In this document: one piece after another, positions 13,961 to 27,000 of the stretch
Position numbering within the stretch: the stretch's first letter is position 1
How the letters are laid out: the number at the start of each line of letters is the position of its first letter
Assembly: GCA_964016885.1 (NCBI GenBank)
Contig: OZ024754.1
Coordinates: 12,338,001 to 12,402,000 of the forward strand
Origin: Eledone cirrhosa
Lineage: Eukaryota
Length of the DNA stretch: 64,000 nucleotides
Direction: 5' to 3'
The notes under the pieces: generated by a model
The model's database searches: none
Told to the model about the DNA's origin: nothing
Seen by the model: only the letters and a program-made list of their open reading frames with translations
Position numbers and translations under genes: made by a program

Positions 13961-14029
13961 ACTTTGTTGATGATGAGGATGATGATGACAACGATGATGA
14001 TGATTATCTCTGTAAGGTTTGGCAAATGA

Positions 14030-14305
14030 GCATCTAATTGTTCAATCAATTGTACATCCAACTAAGTGATCGAGTATTTCATATATATTTGTACTCAGTG
14101 TAACCTCTTACCCCCTTTATATCACAGGTACAGTTCATCTGACAGGTTTCCCAGTATTTACCTTTCCCCAATTTCACTAACATTACTTGGATTAACCTAA
14201 AGCTATTTGCAAAAATTATATGCCCAAAGTACTAGAGAGTGGAATCCTACCAGGGGGCCCCATAATTGCCAAGAGAACTTCTTAACCATTCTACAATTTC
14301 TGCAG
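14030..14305 (-). mobile_element. Highly degenerate SINE-like remnant
   Basis: Weak resemblance to a recalled octopus tRNA-SINE layout. Confidence 0.3.
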
Positions 14306-14489
14306 TATAGTCATGATGTGGTTATAAAGGTCACGGAATGAAGGAAATGTACCAACTGACAAGATATTTTTGAATCTCTATATACAGGATTTTCAGAAGG
14401 AATATGATGGGAAGATGGTGGCAAGTCTTGATGTGTGTTATGAAAATATACAATGCATTACAAAAATAATGATGTGAAAAAAAAAAAAG

Positions 14490-14860
14490 AAAAAAAATAT
14501 ATACATACATATATATATATACATTTAAGTAAAACAATATATATACAAAAATGTATATACTTATATATATATATATATATATACATTTAAGTAAAAAAAT
14601 ATATACATATAAGTAAAAATATATATATATACATTTAAGTAAAAGTATATATATATACATATAAGTATATGTATATATGTATACATATAAGTATATGTAT
14701 ATATGTATACATATAAGTATATGTAAATAAGTTTATGTATATACATATAAGTATATGTATAAAAATATAAATATATATGCATACATACACATATGCACAT
14801 AAAAGCATCTATAAATCTCACCCCTCTCTCTCCATATGATGATGTATATACATATTTATG

Positions 14861-14892
<32 letters not shown>

Positions 14893-15285
14893 ATCACACA
14901 TATATATACACACACACACACACATATATATATATACACATACACACACATATATATATATATACACATACACACACACATATATATATACACATACACA
15001 CATATATACACACACACACATATATATATATGTACACACACATTTAAATATGCATAAATGCATTTATAAATCTCTCTCTCTCATATATATATCATCACCA
15101 TCATCATCATCATCATTTTACGTTCACTTTTCCCTGCTTGGTTGGTGTATGTATATCATTACATGTATATATAAATGTGTGTGTGTGTTTATGTGCGTGC
15201 ATGTATATGTGGGTGTGTATATATATGTATATATATATATATATATCTATATATCTATATCTATATCTATATCTACACACACACA

Positions 15286-15326
<41 letters not shown>

Positions 15327-15585
15327 GCATGCAGGCACATAGACACACACACACACACATGCACACACATTTATATATATACATACAATGATATACATAC
15401 ATCAACCTTTGCTACAAGAGAAAACGGATATTAAATGATGATATATATATATATATATATATACACCCTTATATATATAAATATAATGTATTTGTCTATA
15501 TATATCTATATCTATATACACACACATTAAATCTATATATACACATACATTAAATCTATATATATATACACACAGACATTATATA

Positions 15586-15639
<54 letters not shown>

Positions 15640-15774
15640 GTATTTGTCTATATATCTATATCTATATACACACACATTAAATCTCTATATATATATATAT
15701 ACACAGACATATATATATATATATATATACACACACAGACATTATATATATATATATATTATATATATATATAA

Positions 15775-15810
<36 letters not shown>

Positions 15811-15859
15811 ATGTATATGTGTATATATATATATATATACACATATACATTATATATAA

Positions 15860-15933
<74 letters not shown>

Positions 15934-15992
15934 CACATATACATTATATATATATATAATGTCTGTGTGTGTATATATATATATATATATAA

Positions 15993-16040
<48 letters not shown>

Positions 16041-16058
16041 TTATATATATATAATGTC

Positions 16059-16104
<46 letters not shown>

Positions 16105-16110
16105 GACATT
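14490..16110. repeat. Compound TA/CA microsatellite field
   Basis: Seen directly. Confidence 0.9.
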
Positions 16111-16485
16111 ATCACCATCATCATCGTTTAACGTCCATCGATGATGATGATGATGGGGGGGGGGGGTATATATATTTATATGTAACAACCTTACCATACA
16201 TCATTTTTTCCAATGAATATTTTATATATATCTCCTGAAATTTTGCTAAAAAGTGTCAGTTGTTCAGCTTTTCATAGTGTGACATAAGCATCACTGGAGA
16301 ATTAATCTTGCTACCATTGTGGGAAACAGGAGGAGAGGTCTTGCCATGTTTATTCCATTCTCAAGGGTATTAATGTCATAAAAGGTCTGGAAGAACCAGA
16401 ACCAACAATGAAAACAAGATTATGTATTTGTGTATAGTAGAAGCTAACCTTCGTTTTAACAAAACATACCTCCTTATATATATAT

Positions 16486-16855
16486 ATAGGAACGAGTAAG
16501 ACCCCGACGGCTGACCTCAAGCCGTTTCGACGGCTAATTCTGGACATAATTGTGTCCAGAATGTGTCCAGAATTGCGTCCAGAATTAGCCGTCGAAACGG
16601 CTTGAGCTCAGCCGTAAGGGTCTCACTCGTTCCTATTACCCACTCTACTACCCTAAGTATTGAGTACTTTGGTGCGTTATGGTCCACCTGGTTCCTTACC
16701 ACATTTCCTCCGTTATATATATATATATATATTGAGTACTTTGGTGCGTTATGGTCCACCTGGTTCCTTACCACATTTCCTCCGTTATATATATATATAT
16801 ATATTGAGTACTTTGGTGCGTTATGGTCCACCTGGTTCCTTACCACATTTCCTCC

Positions 16856-16860
<5 letters not shown>
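16486..16860. mobile_element. Fold-back element (family H2) plus three tandem copies of its terminal segment, in (TA)n
   Basis: Inverted arms 16486-16545 and 16577-16636. The segment attgagtactttggtgcg...cctcc(g/a)tt(at)n occurs three times. Related copy at 36273-36422 (-). Confidence 0.65.
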
Positions 16861-16913
<53 letters not shown>

Positions 16914-16986
16914 AAGAAAAAAAAATGAAATCGAAAATGCAACTGGAGTCTTATTTAAAAAAAAAATATATATATTTATTTGGTTC

Positions 16987-17022
16987 CTTTACTGGTTTCG
17001 CAGTTCTTCTGCTTTTCAAAAG
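16987..17022 (-). ncRNA. Hammerhead-like motif, U3:A8 core variant
   Basis: Minus strand reads ctt-TTGAAAA-GCAG-aagaa-CTGC-GAAA-ccag-TA-aag. Confidence 0.55.
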
Positions 17023-17296
17023 TAGAGTTGAGATGGAGGGTCTGTGGTTTTTCTCACATCTGGTTGGTCTCTGAATGTTACATGAAAAAAAACAACCTGA
17101 GACACCCCCCCCCCCCCCCTTGTTTGAAGAACTTTGTAACGCGAACTGGCGCAAAATTTATTATAATTATTGACCAACCAATCAAATTACTTCTCGAAAA
17201 ACCTGGCATTTCGAGCCACTTTTTCCATATAAAACAAGTAACATTCAGAGACCAACCAGATGTGAGAAAAACCACAGACCCTCCATCTCAACTCTA

Positions 17297-17332
17297 CTTT
17301 TGAAAAGCAGAAGAACTGCGAAAGCGGTAAAG
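17297..17332 (+). ncRNA. Hammerhead-like motif, U3:A8 core variant
   Basis: ctt-TTGAAAA-GCAG-aagaa-CTGC-GAAA-gcgg-TA-aag. Confidence 0.55.
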
Positions 17333-17492
17333 GAACCAAATAAATATATATATTTAAAAAAAAAATAAGACTCCAGTTGCATTTTCGATTTCATCTTTTT
17401 TTCTTTATACTTTCACTCGTGTAGGACACCTCGGTTATTTTTCATTTTGTAAAAAAAACCTCACTTTCTAATATATATACATATATATATAT

Positions 17493-17937
17493 ATATTGTT
17501 ATACTTTGGGAGGGTCATGTTGCCAATAAGAAACACACGCACCAGTTGCTTTCACTTCAATTTATTATAAATAAAATTTATAAATGTAGGAATTTATAAA
17601 TTTCCGGTTGGTTGGTTGGTTGCACAACCAGACGATTGTTCATATATTGTCAAAGTTTTTTCGTCACACATTCTGTGACCTCTTCAGTGATGGCGTAGGA
17701 CAGAACAAAGGTGAGGCACAAAAACAAAGAAAAGAATCCCCAGTCACTGAAGAGGTCACAGAATGTGTGACGAAAGAACTTTGACAATATATGAACAATC
17801 GTCTGGTTGTGGAACAAACCAACCAGAAATTTATAAATTCCTAAATTTATAAATTTAATTTATAATAAATTGGAGTGAAAGCAACTGGTGCGTGTGTTTC
17901 TTATTGGCAACATGACCCTCCCAAAGTATAACAATAT
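17493..17937. mobile_element. Fold-back Penelope-like terminal element (H1-related)
   Basis: Inverted arms of about 195 bp (17493-17690 and 17744-17937) with a 53-bp spacer. Confidence 0.7.
17743..17785 (+). ncRNA. Minimal type-I hammerhead ribozyme motif (mirror copy at 17649-17691 on the minus strand)
   Basis: gtca-CTGAAGA-G-GTCACA-gaatg-TGTGAC-GAAA-GAAC-TT-tgac, with a 4-bp stem I and a 6-bp stem II. Confidence 0.7.
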
Positions 17938-17994
17938 CGGTTTCAACACAACACGTTTTCAGATAAAGAATCTTGCTAAACAAATTCAGAAACG

Positions 17995-18035
<41 letters not shown>

Positions 18036-18129
18036 CTTACATATATATATACATTCATACATACATTCATATATGCATGCATGTGTACATACATACATAC
18101 TTAGAGGCATGCATACATACATATATACA

Positions 18130-18490
18130 TGATGATGGCCGCCCCCTTGTTATCGAGTATCACCATTGCAAGATATACCATTATTAATAATTATTAATTA
18201 ATAATAATAATAATTAATTAATTCTATCATGCAATGCCTGTGCGTGAAGATATTTTTTAAAGTGAGGAAAGACTGTGCACTGAGCCAATCCCACTCTCTG
18301 AGCGACAGTAGCTATAACCTGAAAAGAAGAAAAGATCAACATCATCGGTAACTACTGAGCCGCAGGTTTTATATCGGAGTTATCCCAGTTTCCTGAGTTG
18401 CCTTCTCCTAGAAGAATGCCCTGACAAAGGCTAGGGGTCCTTCACTCCCAGTAGTTTAACCGCGCGATCGGGTGTCCAGCCCGACTATTT
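18130..18490 (-). mobile_element. Unclassified dispersed repeat (retroelement-like); related copy at about 19290-19590
   Basis: Shared blocks gagccaatcccac, aaaagaagaaa, catcat(c/t)gg and caggttttatatc(g/a)gagt. Confidence 0.45.
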
Positions 18491-18502
18491 ATAACATACA
18501 TA

Positions 18503-18838
18503 TCATTCATTTCATTTTACGTCCGCTTTTTCCCTGCTTGCAAGGGTGGGACTGGAACTGATTCTGGCTTGATTTCTACAGCTGGATGCCCTTCCTAACA
18601 CCAACCTCATTTACAGTGAGTGGTGGGTGCTTTTTTGCCGTGGCACCTCCACGACCACTTTGCAGTGGAATGATAGGGACCCCGGTCCCTATCATCTCAT
18701 TTCTACAGCTGAGTAAACTGGAGCAATGTGAAATAAAGTGTCTTGCTCAAGGAAACAACACATCACCCGGTCTGAGAATTGAACTCAGAACCTTTCGATT
18801 GCAAGGCCAACGCTCTAACCACTAAGCCATGTGCCTCC
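18503..18838 (-). mobile_element. tRNA-CORE SINE with RTE-derived tail (family A)
   Basis: tRNA head, CORE domain, 11-bp hairpin, and a tail matching the RTE 3' UTR at 21611-21870. Confidence 0.9.
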
Positions 18839-18897
18839 ATATATACATACATATATACATACATACATATATACATACATATACATATATATATAGT

Positions 18898-19183
18898 GGA
18901 GGTATGTAGCCTAGTGGTAAGGGTGTTGGACTCATGATCATAATGTTGTGGGTTCGATTCCTGGGTTGTGTGTTGTGTTCTTGAGCAAAACACTTCATTT
19001 TAGATTGCTCCCATATACTCAGCTGAAAATGAGTACCAGCAATAACTGGGGATTTAACCTTGCGATGAACTGGCGACCTGTCCAGGGGGGAGTCTTTTGC
19101 TCTCAGTCGCTTCACGCCATGAATCCGGGATAAGCACCGACCAAATGAGCCTTCTGGCTTAAGACAGACTTTAGACTTTTAGA
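18898..19183 (+). mobile_element. tRNA-CORE SINE, tail type B with (AGACTTT)n end
   Basis: A-box TAGCCTAGTGG, B-box GGTTCGATTCC and CORE. Same family as 29069-29336 and 29412-29694. Confidence 0.88.
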
Positions 19184-20578
19184 CATATATACATACATGC
19201 ATGCATGCATACACATATACATAAATATATATACATACATACATAATACATACATACATACATGTTGGTTGCAATCTATTTCAAGTAATGACATTGCTTG
19301 ATACTTAAGCATGAGCATCACGGACATGGCTTTTTAGTCCTGCTAGGGCCTTGCCTATGGTCAGCAATACCATGCATCGCCAAAACATGTCACATAAGAA
19401 GCGATGTGAAGGTTTTTTTAAGAGAGAAAAGGCTTTGTATGGAGCCAATCCCACCCTCTTAACACCAAATGCATTTGCCCAAAAAGAAGAAATGGTCTAC
19501 ATCATTGGATGAAAATAAAGTCACAGGTTTTATATCAGAGTGACCTTTTCTGAGAGAGATGTTTTAATGAAGACTAGGAGTCTCTCGCTTCAGAAAAAAA
19601 AAAAAAAATGACTTTATTGATGGCTGTTGACTCTTCTGAGTTCTCTGCCCTTTGATAGGTTTTGTTTTTCCTCCTGCAGGGTCTCCAAAGTCACCTTCTT
19701 CACCAAGGTTAAGAAGAGTCTAGAAGTGTAAAGAACTACTTTGGAATCTAGAAAGAGTTAACTGTTTTATTTCTTAAGCAGCATTTGAGGAAGTTGATTT
19801 ACTGTATTTCTAATGAAATACACTGCTTAACATTTTCAAATGGTTTTGAAAATAAAGAATTTGGTGTATGGATTATGGCTTAACATGGTTTCTTACATAA
19901 AATTATGATAGAAACAATTTAGATAAATACAAACACTTTAGAATAAACAACTTTGTGTCATAGAACTATGAATGATTGCATGCAGATTGGTATCAGGTTT
20001 AGTAATATAGCAAACTTTCTCATTATTAAACTAGTCTTTGAAACAACTTAACAAAGGTTCTTAGATAAAATTATGACGGAAAGACTTTAGATAATTATAA
20101 ACACTTTAAAATAAACAGTTTGATATCAAAAGGGTTAAAGATGAAGTGTAAGTATAGGTGTGATTGTAACTAAGAGTTTGTTAGGAAGTCTAAATGTGAT
20201 AGGAGTGCAAGGAGAAATATTTAAATAAGAGGGTATGTGTTGTGCGTTGTGCATGTGCGTTGATATATATGTAACTATAAAAGTCAAATGTGTATAAATG
20301 GGTGTGTAAGGTTGTGTGCATTCGTCTTAGAAACTTAATGCATATTTCTGTCTTTGATTTATTGGTGTGTATATCTAATTGTTTATATAAATGTCTATAT
20401 GCATGAATGGGTAAATCTTTCTTACTGGAGGTATATATGTGACTATAAGAGTTGTATGTGTATAAACATTTGTATTCTTAAGATCTTAACACTATTTGTC
20501 ATTTTAATTTGCTTATTTATAACACTAGATTACACACACAATATCTTTGTATACACATGCATACATACATTCAGACAT

Positions 20579-21170
<592 letters not shown>

Positions 21171-21464
21171 TTAGATAAACATTTTTCTACAATATATCAA
21201 ATGAAAAACAATTACTGCGCTGCCCACAAACAAGCTGCGCAATCTGTCACATTCATGAAACATCAAAGATTTTAAGCAAAGTTCAGTATTGTTTTATATG
21301 TTTAATATTTGTGTTTTTTTGCATATATTTTTCTACACATTGTTGTCTTATCTCCAACAGACAAGACTAACCACAAACCAGTGAACTGCAACAAGTTCTG
21401 TTGATTGTCAAATGTGTATGTGTGTATGTGTCTGTTAATATATATATATATATATATATATATA

Positions 21465-21541
21465 CAGGGTGTCACCAAAAAATGTATATGCAGCATACAA
21501 CAGCATTCTAATAAAAGTGTGTATACAGTCTTTTGGGACAC

Positions 21542-21545
<4 letters not shown>
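21465..21545. mobile_element. 81-bp Tc1/mariner-type MITE
   Basis: TIRs cagggtgtcaccaaaa and ttttgggacaccctg. TA on the left, TG on the right. Confidence 0.65.
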
Positions 21546-21610
<65 letters not shown>

Positions 21611-21612
<2 letters not shown>

Positions 21613-22847
21613 TCATCATCATCATCACCGTTTTACGTCCGTTCTTCCACGCTAGCATGGGTTAGACGGGTTGTCCTGTTGTGGGCAGTGTCTGGTCGGC
21701 TGACCATGCCTTGCTCATACAGGAACTGATCTGGCTTGATTTCTACAGCTGGATGCCCTTCCTAACACCAACCTCATTTACAGTGAGTGCTGGGTGCTTT
21801 TTCGTGGCGCCTACACGTCCACTTTACAGTGTGGGCTGGGTGCTTTTTTGCCGTGGCACCTCCACGACCACCTTGCGGTGGGGGGGGGGGGGGGCATATT
21901 GTTTATATGCTTCAGCATGTACCCATGGGAGGTCGGGTACCCTGTATTACTGCGTGACGCCAGAAGTCACGGTCGTGTGTCATTGACTTTGAGAGGTGTA
22001 GTTGGGTAAGGTCGGCTTTTATCACCTCATCCCAAGTCATCTTGGGTCTCCCCACTCCGCGGTTTCCATCAACTTCTAGTGCTCTGCACCTTTTTATGCA
22101 GCTGTCATCCTTCATACGCATCACATGTCCATACCAGCGTAACCGCCTCTCCTGCACGCAGCATTTGATTCCTCTTATGCTCAGTCTCTCTCTCAATTCA
22201 TTTATGCTTTGTCGTTCACGTATATTACTGTTACACATCCATCGGAGCATGCAGGCTTCGTTTCTCTCTAATCTACGTAAGTCTTCCACCTTCAGTGCCC
22301 AGGTCTCACTACCATGCAACATCGCTGTTCGGATACACGCATCATACAGTCTGCCTTTCATTCTGAGGGAGAAGCCTTTTGCAGCTAGCAGTGGTAGTAG
22401 TTCCCTAAACTTCTTCCATCCCGTTCTTACCCTAGTTATTGTACTTTCTGAGCACCCACCTCCGTTGCTAATTCGGTCACCTAGGTAGCAGAAGCTGTCT
22501 ACTGTTTCTACAGGGCCCTCCCAGAGATTGGTGGTACTTGTTTCCTGTGGCTGTTTGCTTGCTGTTTCAGCACAGCTGCTGCATGTGAATCCTACATTCT
22601 TAATTAAGCTTCCTGAGATCCCGCTACTGTGTACCCATTGTTTGCATTTGGGGCAAAGAATGGAGTTCCTACCTACACCTTTCCTACATACTGAGCAAGG
22701 CCATTTCCCTGAGGGGATCTGGGTTCTGTTTTCTCGTCTACTTATAAGGACCTTAGTCTTTGTCATGTTGACTTTGAGGCCCTTTCTCTCTAGTCCCTGC
22801 TTCCAGGTTTGGAATTTATTCTCTAGTTCTACCATAGATTCAGCTAT
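21611..22847 (-). mobile_element. 5'-truncated RTE LINE, second subfamily (ORF remnant 21912-22847)
   Basis: Paralogous to the C-terminal half of 4581-6254. The PHD finger carries a 3-codon deletion (HKRC to HSS). 3' UTR and (GAT)n tail present. Confidence 0.92.
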
Positions 22848-22871
22848 AAATATATATATATATATGTATGT

Positions 22872-23220
22872 GGAGGTCCATGGCTGAGTGGTTAGAGCAT
22901 TGGCCTTGCAATCAAAAGGTTGTGAGTTCAATTCTCAGACCAGGTGATGTGTTGTTTCCTTGAGCAAGACACTTTATTTCACATTGCTCCAGTTTACTTA
23001 GCTGTAGAAATGAGATGATAGGGACTGGGGTCCCTATCATTCCACTGCAAAGTGGTTATGGAGGTGCCACGGCAAAAAAGTACCCAGCACTCACTGTAAA
23101 TGAGGTTGGTGCTAGGAAGGGCATCCAGCTGTAGAAATCAAGCCAGAATCAGTTCCCGTCCCACCCTTGCAAGCAGGGAAAAAGCGGACGTAAAATGAAA
23201 TGATGATGATGATGATGATG
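22872..23220 (+). mobile_element. Family A SINE
   Basis: Full-length; hairpin at 23015-23040; (GAT)n tail. Confidence 0.9.
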
Positions 23221-23454
23221 TATATATATATATATGTATAAATTTATAAATATACACATATATGTATACATATGTTTTTTATATATTTATATATATTGTC
23301 CCACCCTTGCAAGCAGGAAAAAGGAGATGTAAAATGATGATGATGATGATATAGATATATATATGTATGTATAGTGTATATATATATATATGTATATATG
23401 TGTGTGTGTGTATACATATATATATATGTGTGTCTCCCTCTCTCTATATATATA

Positions 23455-23801
23455 TCATCATCATCATCATCATTTCATTTTACGTCCACTTTTTCCCTGC
23501 TTGCAAGGGTGGGACGGGAACTGATTCTGGCTTGATTTCTACAGCTGGATGCCCTTCCTAACACCAACCTCATTTACAGTGAGTGCTGGGTGTTTTTTTG
23601 CCGTGGCACCTCCACGACCACTTTGCAGTGGAATGATATGGACCCCAGTCCCTATCATCTCATTTTTACAGCTGAGTAAACTGGAGCAATGTGAAATAAA
23701 GTGTTTTGCTCAAGGAAACAACACATCACCCGATCTGAGAATTGAACTCACAACCTTTCGATTGCAAGGCCAATGCTCTAACCACTAAGCCATGTGACTC
23801 C
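23455..23801 (-). mobile_element. Family A SINE
   Basis: Full-length reverse-complement copy. Confidence 0.9.
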
Positions 23802-24014
23802 ATTATAATTATATATGAAAGAAAGAGGGAGAAATTAATGTTGGGTTGTAGATTTATGGGTGTATAAACAAAAAACTTTTACTGATAGGGTGGCTCAGTA
23901 CATGTAGTAGAGTTATATATATTACATTATTCATATCTCAGTTGACTGGATGATAAGCCATTGGGTTTATGTGCAGCTCAAATACTTGCACTACCACTAA
24001 ATACCAGTAATACC

Positions 24015-27000
24015 ACTTACAGAATGTACTGGAAATATTTTATTGTGAAATTGTCACTAACATTAGACAGAATGTACTGGAGACATTTTATTGTGGCACC
24101 AATTCTACTACAAGACTGAGTGTACTTGGAATATTTTATTGTGAAACTGGTACTACCATGAGATAGAACGTACTGGAGACATTTTATTGTGGCACCAGTG
24201 CTACTAAAGACTGGGTGTACTGGGAATATTTTATTGTGAAACTGGTACCGCCACTAGATAGAATGTACTGGAGAGATTTTATTGTGGCACCAGTGCTACT
24301 AAAGACTGGGTGTACTGGGAATATTTTATTGTGAAACTGGTACCGCCACTAGATAGAATGTACTGGAGAGATTTTATTGTGGCACCAGTGCTACTAAAGA
24401 CTGGGTGTACTGGGAATATTTTATTGTGAAACTTGTACTGCCACTAGATAGAATGTACTGGAGAGATTTTATTGTGGCACCAGTGCTACTAAAGACTGGG
24501 TGTACTGGGAATATTTTATTGTGAAACTGGTACCGCCACTAGATAGAATGTACTGGAGAGATTTTATTGTGGCACCAGTGCTACTAAAGACTGGGTGTAC
24601 TGGGAATATTTTATTGTGAAACTGGTACCGCCACTAGATAGAATGTACTGGAGAGATTTTATTGTGGCACCAGTGCTACTAAAGACTGGGTGTACTGGGA
24701 ATATTTTATTGTGAAACTGGTACCGCCACTAGATAGAATGTACTGGAGGGATTTTATTGTGGCACCAGTGCTACTAAAGACTGGGTGTACTGGGAATATT
24801 TTATTGTGAAACTGGTACCGCCACTAGATAGAATGTGCTGGAGAGATTTTATTGTGGCACCAGTGCTACTAAAGACTGGGTGTACTGGGAATATTTTATT
24901 GTGAAACTGGTACCGCCACTAGATAGAATGTACTGGAGAGATTTTATTGTGGCACCAGTGCTACTAAAGACTGGGTGTACTGGGAATATTTTATTGTGAA
25001 ACTGGTACCGCCACTAGATAGAATGTACTGGAGGGATTTTATTGTGGCACCAGTGCTACTAAAGACTGGGTGTACTGGGAATATTTTATTGTGAAACTGG
25101 TACCGCCACTAGATAGAATGTACTGGAGAGATTTTATTGTGGCACCAGTGCTACTAAAGACTGGGTGTACTGGGAATATTTTATTGTGAAACTGGTACCG
25201 CCACTAGATAGAATGTACTGGAGAGATTTTATTGTGGCACCAGTGCTACTAAAGACTGGGTGTACTGGGAATATTTTATTGTGAAACTGGTACCGCCACT
25301 AGATAGAATGTACTGGAGGGATTTTATTGTGGCACCAGTGCTACTAAAGACTGGGTGTACTGGGAATATTTTATTGTGAAACTGGTACCGCCACTAGATA
25401 GAATGTACTGGAGAGATTTTATTGTGGCACCAGTGCTACTAAAGACTGGGTGTACTGGGAATATTTTATTGTGAAACTGGTACCGCCACTAGATAGAATG
25501 TACTGGAGAGATTTTATTGTGGCACCAGTGCTACTAAAGACTGGGTGTACTGGGAATATTTTATTGTGAAACTGGTACCGCCACTAGATAGAATGTACTG
25601 GAGGGATTTTATTGTGGCACCAGTGCTACTAAAGACTGGGTGTACTGGGAATATTTTATTGTGAAACTGGTACCGCCACTAGATAGAATGTACTGGAGAG
25701 ATTTTATTGTGGCACCAGTGCTACTAAAGACTGGGTGTACTGGGAATATTTTATTGTGAAACTGGTACCGCCACTAGATAGAATGTACTGGAGAGATTTT
25801 ATTGTGGCACCAGTGCTACTAAAGACTGGGTGTACTGGGAATATTTTATTGTGAAACTGGTACCGCCACTAGATAGAATGTACTGGAGAGATTTTATTGT
25901 GGCACCAGTGCTACTAAAGACTGGGTGTACTGGGAATATTTTATTGTGAAACTGGTACCGCCACTAGATAGAATGTACTGGAGAGATTTTATTGTGGCAC
26001 CAGTGCTACTAAAGACTGGGTGTACTGGGAATATTTTATTGTGAAACTGGTACCGCCACTAGATAGAATGTACTGGAGAGATTTTATTGTGGCACCAGTG
26101 CTACTAAAGACTGGGTGTACTGGGAATATTTTATTGTGAAACTGGTACCGCCACTAGATAGAATGTACTGGAGAGATTTTATTGTGGCACCAGTGCTACT
26201 AAAGACTGGGTGTACTGGGAATATTTTATTGTGAAACTTGTACTGCCACTAGATAGAATGTACTGGAGAGATTTTATTGTGGCACCAGTGCTACTAAAGA
26301 CTGGGTGTACTGGGAATATTTTATTGTGAAACTGGTACCGCCACTAGATAGAATGTACTGGAGAGATTTTATTGTGGCACCAGTGCTACTAAAGACTGGG
26401 TGTACTGGGAATATTTTATTGTGAAACTGGTACCGCCACTAGATAGAATGTACTGGAGAGATTTTATTGTGGCACCAGTGCTACTAAAGACTGGGTGTAC
26501 TGGGAATATTTTATTGTGAAACTGGTACCGCCACTAGATAGAATGTACTGGAGGGATTTTATTGTGGCACCAGTGCTACTAAAGACTGGGTGTACTGGGA
26601 ATATTTTATTGTGAAACTGGTACCGCCACTAGATAGAATGTGCTGGAGAGATTTTATTGTGGCACCAGTGCTACTAAAGACTGGGTGTACTGGGAATATT
26701 TTATTGTGAAACTGGTACCGCCACTAGATAGAATGTACTGGAGAGATTTTATTGTGGCACCAGTGCTACTAAAGACTGGGTGTACTGGGAATATTTTATT
26801 GTGAAACTGGTACCGCCACTAGATAGAATGTACTGGAGAGATTTTATTGTGGCACCAGTGCTACTAAAGACTGGGTGTACTGGGAATATTTTATTGTGAA
26901 ACTGGTACCGCCACTAGATAGAATGTACTGGAGAGATTTTATTGTGGCACCAGTGCTACTAAAGACTGGGTGTACTGGGAATATTTTATTGTGAAACTGG

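Larger units (their letters stand above)
16909..17471. mobile_element. Fold-back Penelope-like terminal element (family H3)
   Basis: Inverted arms of about 172 bp (16909-17081 and 17238-17410), each with a hammerhead-like motif. (TA)n flanks. Confidence 0.7.

Noticed and set aside
18898-18965. tRNA gene-like A and B boxes (here and in many other copies)
   Set aside because: These are SINE heads continuing into CORE or family-M bodies, with no clean cloverleaf or poly-T terminator.
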